Below are positions 59,365-64,000 of a DNA stretch of 64,000 nucleotides, piece by piece. The position numbers and the translations under genes are program-made. The notes under the pieces were generated by a model. It made no database searches. It saw only the letters and a program-made list of their open reading frames with translations, and was not told the DNA's origin. The DNA comes from Octopus sinensis (lineage: Eukaryota): NCBI RefSeq assembly GCF_006345805.1, contig NC_042999.1, positions 162,254,001 through 162,318,000 of the forward strand. Direction: 5' to 3'. Position 1 is the first letter of the stretch; every line of letters begins with the position of its first letter.

Positions 59365-59824
59365 GTATGGCCCTTGGGGGACAAAGTCTCAATGCACAGA
59401 TGTCACAAAAAACGACGAGCATGCTCTTGAAGCTTCAGCTTTGTCAAGCCTTCTTTGGTTGTGGAGAGGAAGAGCTCTTCCATTGTGATGACTGCTGCTT
59501 TATCTCAGGGTCGTACTTGTTGACCCAACTCTTGCCACCAGTAATGGTCCTCAAGGTAAAGGATGGATCGTCAGTGGCATGCTGATGGAGATCTTGACAG
59601 AATTCTACATGATGGTCTTTCAGTTCAGTGGTCAGCAGGCAGGGGACAAACTTGGCTGAGACATGTTGTATGCTCAATTCAGACATTAGGATTGCCTACA
59701 CAGACCCATACGACAGACCAACATCAGCAATGCTTTTGACTGTCCTCTGATCATCCTCATCCACAAACTGATGAATTTTCTCTACATTGCTGAGGGACAT
59801 TCTTCCACTTTTGAAGTGCCCATG

Positions 59825-60251
59825 CAGTACTGGATTAACCATTAAGCAAAATAAGCACGTGCTTAGGGCATCAAGGGAAGGAGGGGACACCACAGAAATG
59901 GTAAATGGTTTATGGCACAAAAGAAACCACTTTAAACTTGCTAAAATAATATTCGGGATGCCTGTATCTCTACAATGTATAGATGCAGGTGAGTTACCTA
60001 AGATTAATTCTGAGGATCTGATCAAAGACTTTGCAATTCAAAAAAGTTGGAGGAAACTTTTCAAATATAAATAAAGTGGAAGTATGCAAAAATAAATATT
60101 ATTTTCTCTCTTCCTGTTTTGTTTCATTTTGAAAAATAAAAATTTATTTTATGGTTTGTTATTGTTTATATTTTTATTGCTTATATCTTTTGTAGGAGGC
60201 ACCAAAATCGTTTAAGTGCTTAGGGCTTCGATGAGTTTTAATCTGGCCCTG
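59825..60251 (+). mobile_element. Non-autonomous hAT element
   Basis: TIRs CAGTACTGGATTAA and TTAATCTGGCCCTG. 8-bp TSD TGCCCATG at 59817-24 and 60252-59. Internal DLIKDFAIQKSWRKLF resembles a hAT C-terminus. Confidence 0.88.
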
Positions 60252-61095
60252 TGCCCATGCCACTTAAAACATTTTGTACAACCCATTGTCTCATCGCCAT
60301 AAGCTTGCTGAAGCATGCTCAAAATCTCTGTAGCAGACTTCCCAAGTTAAACGCAAAATTTCACGTTGGTTCTTTGTTCCAACTTCCAGTTAATGACGAA
60401 AATTGCCAACTACAACATACACGTGATCACAAAAATACAAATTTCACAACTTGTGAAGTAAACACAGCAATGTCACTCAGCACGCTGCCTCATGAAGGTC
60501 ACTGTGACCTCATGAACCTCTCGCTGTGCATGCAACCATGTGCTGCTATCTGTTTGTGTGCTACAGAACTAGTCCAGGAACTTTTTGACACCACCACTTA
60601 CACATGTAGATAAATGTATATACACATAAAAATGCTCATAAGTACATATATAAATGCATACACAAAATCCTTTTGAATAAAAATACTTCTTTGGCTTAGA
60701 GAAGTAACATGGCATAAGAAAAAAAAGATGCTAAAATGACTATGATGATGAGGTTGATGTCAATAATGGTGACATTAATGATGATAGTGATTATTTCTAA
60801 CATAAGTATAGGAGCAGAAATTTATAGGAGAGATATTTATAGCCAACTGAATCAGTTAAAATACATTTCTATGTTACTATAACTAATTTTATTGACCCAT
60901 CTAGAGAAATGAAAAGCAAAATTGATCTCAACCAGATCAATTTTCAAATTCAGAATCTAGAAAGCATGTAAAAGCATTGAGTTTAACTGTGCTTTCTGTC
61001 ACTACAACACTTTTAAGTAAAGAAACTGCATTAATAAAGAAAGAAAATCACAAGAGAAAGGTGAGTTTGCTTTAGGTCATAGATATTAGACAGAG

Positions 61096-61173
61096 TGCCT
61101 TAAGCACGTGCTTATTTTGCTTAATGGTTAATCCAGCACTGCATGGGCACTTCAAAAGCGGAAGAATGTCCCT
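61096..61173 (-). repeat. 78-bp inverted duplicate of 59793-59870 (mariner flank, TSD and hAT end)
   Basis: Three mismatches in 78 bp by eye. Confidence 0.85.
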
Positions 61174-61271
61174 GAAAGGTGATGAGCAACCTAGAAGACT
61201 TGCCATGAGCATCATGCTCAGAAATGTGAAGAAAATTCATCAACCTGAAAATTAGCAATATATGAGGGTCT

Positions 61272-61798
61272 AAGACTTTCTCACTTCCCGAGCATTAAAC
61301 TAATACATATGTTTGTTGTTTACACACCCGTCTTCGACTTTTGTTTTTTGTAAATTCTCACTAAATATTACACGCTCACATGATTGCACCAGTTTTAGTC
61401 TGGCTCCACTTCATAACACTTCGAACTTTTCTTGGACTATTCTACCTGGACTTTCTTCTACTCTCCTATACTCAGAATCCTACACTTTGGCTACACCTCT
61501 CCTACCCATGGATTACACTGGACTCTTCCTTTGATGAGAAATTGCTCCAATACACCAAAACGTTTGAACCTTTTGAACTTTTCTGAACTTTTTTGTACTT
61601 TCTGCTTTTTCCTATTGTTTCTCTAAACCTTTCTCTCTTTTCTCTCCTTGTTTTTTTCAGTGTTCCTTTCTGCCAAAGAGCGTAAGCTTGAAACATAAAA
61701 GATTTTCTCACTTCCCAAGCATTAAATTAATACATCTGTTTGTTGTTTACACACCTATCTTTGTCTTTTGTTTTTTATGTAAATTCTCACTATATATT
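61272..61798 (+). repeat. Direct repeats of about 100 bp (61272-61369 and 61699-61798), possible PLE pseudo-LTR tandem
   Basis: Period about 427 bp. A hammerhead-like motif at 61666-61701 immediately precedes the second copy. Confidence 0.6.
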
Positions 61799-62080
61799 TA
61801 TAACCTTGACAAGAAAGTTCCAGAAAGAAAATGGCATGAGTAAGAAATTTTGTCACTGGCAGAATATATTTTAAGTTTCCTTACACATACATACAACACA
61901 AAAGTACATGTTCACATGCTAGCAATGCTAGAAAACAGAGAGTTCAAGTGTTATGATTGTGAACGTGCTTGCTGAACACAAGCTGGGCTAGAGAGCCACC
62001 TGCATGCACATGGTCATGCAAGGTTCAATGAATGGATAGCACTCATTTTGCAAGAAGGATCAATTGGTATGGATGTATAA

Positions 62081-62116
<36 letters not shown>

Positions 62117-62194
62117 TTGCTGATGCTGATAAGAAAGAGAGAGAGAGCTAACTCCATGCAGAGCCAACCAACAGAGTGATCAACCATCTAAATT

Positions 62195-62598
62195 GACAGC
62201 AGTAGGGTAGACAAGATAATAAAGAATATGAAGCAAGAGAAAGCATATGAGTCATCAGGGATAACTGCTGAGATGCTTAAAATATCTGACAAAGTAGAAT
62301 AGAGGAGAGGTACTTGAAAAGAAAATGTAGTAATGCTGGAATGAAGTAATGAAGTAATGCTGGCCAATATCATCATCAATTGTTATAAGGGCAAGGGAGA
62401 TGCATGAGAGAGAGAAGAAACTTCAGATGCACTGAAGTTGTAGAATTTGGTTATGGTCCAACAATTTGATGAGATGTAGTTCAGCTTTGTCACAGGAAGA
62501 ATCACTACTGATACCATATTCCTTATGAGAAATACATGGCCAGAAATATGACTCTATAACTTGTGTTTGTTGATCTGAGGAAGGCTTTTGATAAGGTC
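62195..62598 (+). pseudogene. RTE RT fragment
   Basis: Reads KNMKQEKA..SGITAEMLK..IINCYKGKGDA..FVDLRKAFDKVP. Confidence 0.8.
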
Positions 62599-62602
62599 CC
62601 TA

Positions 62603-64000
62603 ATCAAGCTAACCAAATCCGAGATCTGTCTGGTGTGCAAACACATACTGAGGAACATCAACAATGACATATAAGGAGAGCCACCAACGAGGTGATTGCA
62701 TGGCTTAATATCAACAAGGAGAGAGGCAGAGCAAGGTTCATCCAGTTTGAACTTAGTTGATTTTTACGTGTCTATATTGAAAGGGTTACTGGTCAAGACA
62801 CTTCCCTTTGCTAGGGGCTTCACTAACATTAGCAACAGGGACATAGATGTCATCATGCATGCTAGAAAAACTGTTCAATAAAGGTTCGACCTGGGTCGAG
62901 CAAACCTATGGGCTCTTTTGATGTAGCAATGGGGGCTTATGACAGTGCTGATGTATGTGACCTCATCAGGTTGTATATCTTTGATGCCCTTAAGAAGAGA
63001 TTCCCCTCTGTCCTCTTTAGTCTCTACAGAGATGATGCCCCGGCTATCTCTAGAGGAATCAATGGGAACACTCTAGACAAGCCTAGAAAAGATCTAATTA
63101 GCACCCTTGGCTCCATGGGACTGAAAATTACTACTGAGACCAACCTCACCACTGCAGACTTCTTAAATGCCATCCACCCATCATGTTCAAAAACCTGATG
63201 AACGGTGTTAGCAAGAGGATCATGAACCTTTCCTCTAGCCAAGAGATTTTTGACATAGCTGCCCCTTACTATAATGAGGCATTAGCTACTAGCGGATTTA
63301 GGGACATCTTTTACGTGCCAGGCCCTAACACCCGCAGAAGAAAACGCCACAGAAATATCATTTGGTTTGTCCCCCACTTCTCTTCCAATGTAAAAACATG
63401 TATAGGTAAGATATTCCTTAGGCTGGTAGATAAACACTTCACACGATCACATGGTCATGGATGCATTTTCAACAGACACAACCTAAGAGTCTCTTTTAGC
63501 TGTATTTATTAAGAGCATTTTACTTAACACCCCTAGACCACTGGTGTATTGCTGTGCAAGATGACTATTTTAAGAGAGATGATGTTAAAACTTTGGTAAA
63601 TAAGTTATTTTTTATTAAGCACAACTAGTCAGGGAACTTTTTGATACCATATTGTATGTATACACACATACACACACACACACACACACACATATACATA
63701 TACACTATGAGGATATTTAAACTTCTTATAGGGATATTTTTATCCAAGATACCCTGGTTCAATATATTATATTTTGAAGAGATATTTCTTCACAACCTTG
63801 TGCATAGGTGTGTAGCTGAATCTGACGGGAAGGAATACCATTACATAGGTTCAACCGAAACTCAGTTTAAACGGAGAATTGCAAGCCACGAGAGTTGTTT
63901 TAGAAATAAGCATAAAATCAATACTAGTCTCAGCAAATTATATGGATGTTAAAAGATATTGGGAAAAACTATAAGATTAAGTGGGAGGTTGTAGGCCATG
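62603..64000 (+). pseudogene. Penelope-like element: RT, linker and GIY-YIG, interrupted and cut by window edge
   Basis: FIQF..DFY.SI, FDVAMGAYDSADVCDL..LYRDD, YYNEAL..RNIIWF..IGKIFLRLVDKHF..FNRHNLRVSFSC, then YIGSTETQFKRRIASHESCF..KWEV. Confidence 0.88.

Larger units (their letters stand above)
58675..60598 (-). mobile_element. Mariner element with both TIRs, interrupted by SINE C and a hAT element
   Basis: TA-flanked degenerate TIRs at 58675-58709 and 60564-60598. Transposase pieces SAKFVPCLLT..TITGGKSW..YDPE.KQQSSQW and LILHNDNA..PHLPYPPD. Confidence 0.85.

Overview
No host protein-coding gene, rRNA, true tRNA gene or CRISPR array can be supported here. The window is AT-rich, repeat-saturated eukaryotic intergenic or intronic DNA. 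The tRNA-derived SINE families resemble those I recall from octopus genomes, so a cephalopod origin is likely (inference). Retroelements present: four SINE families (here called A-D), several RTE LINE families, one young CR1-type RT, a Tx1/L1 fragment, three Penelope-like (PLE) remnants, a Ty3/Gypsy RT fragment, and a complete but decayed LTR element (46142-50429, 5-bp TSD). DNA elements present: mariner/Tc1, Merlin, hAT, piggyBac-like, Helitron/Helentron and several MITEs, many nested and with readable TSDs. The most interesting signal is a 357-bp tandem monomer at 3.1-5.8 kb carrying a type I hammerhead ribozyme (canonical copy at 5570-5615). The monomers form head-to-head tracts, and same-strand ribozyme copies bracket a Tx1/L1 fragment. 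Two more hammerhead-like relics from other repeat families lie at 55.5 and 61.7 kb. Also notable are a 5'-inverted RTE insertion with a snap-back hairpin, an LTR element with a DIRS-like RNase H motif, and many short local inverted duplications. All coordinates, translations and identity estimates were read by eye; no alignments or database searches were run.
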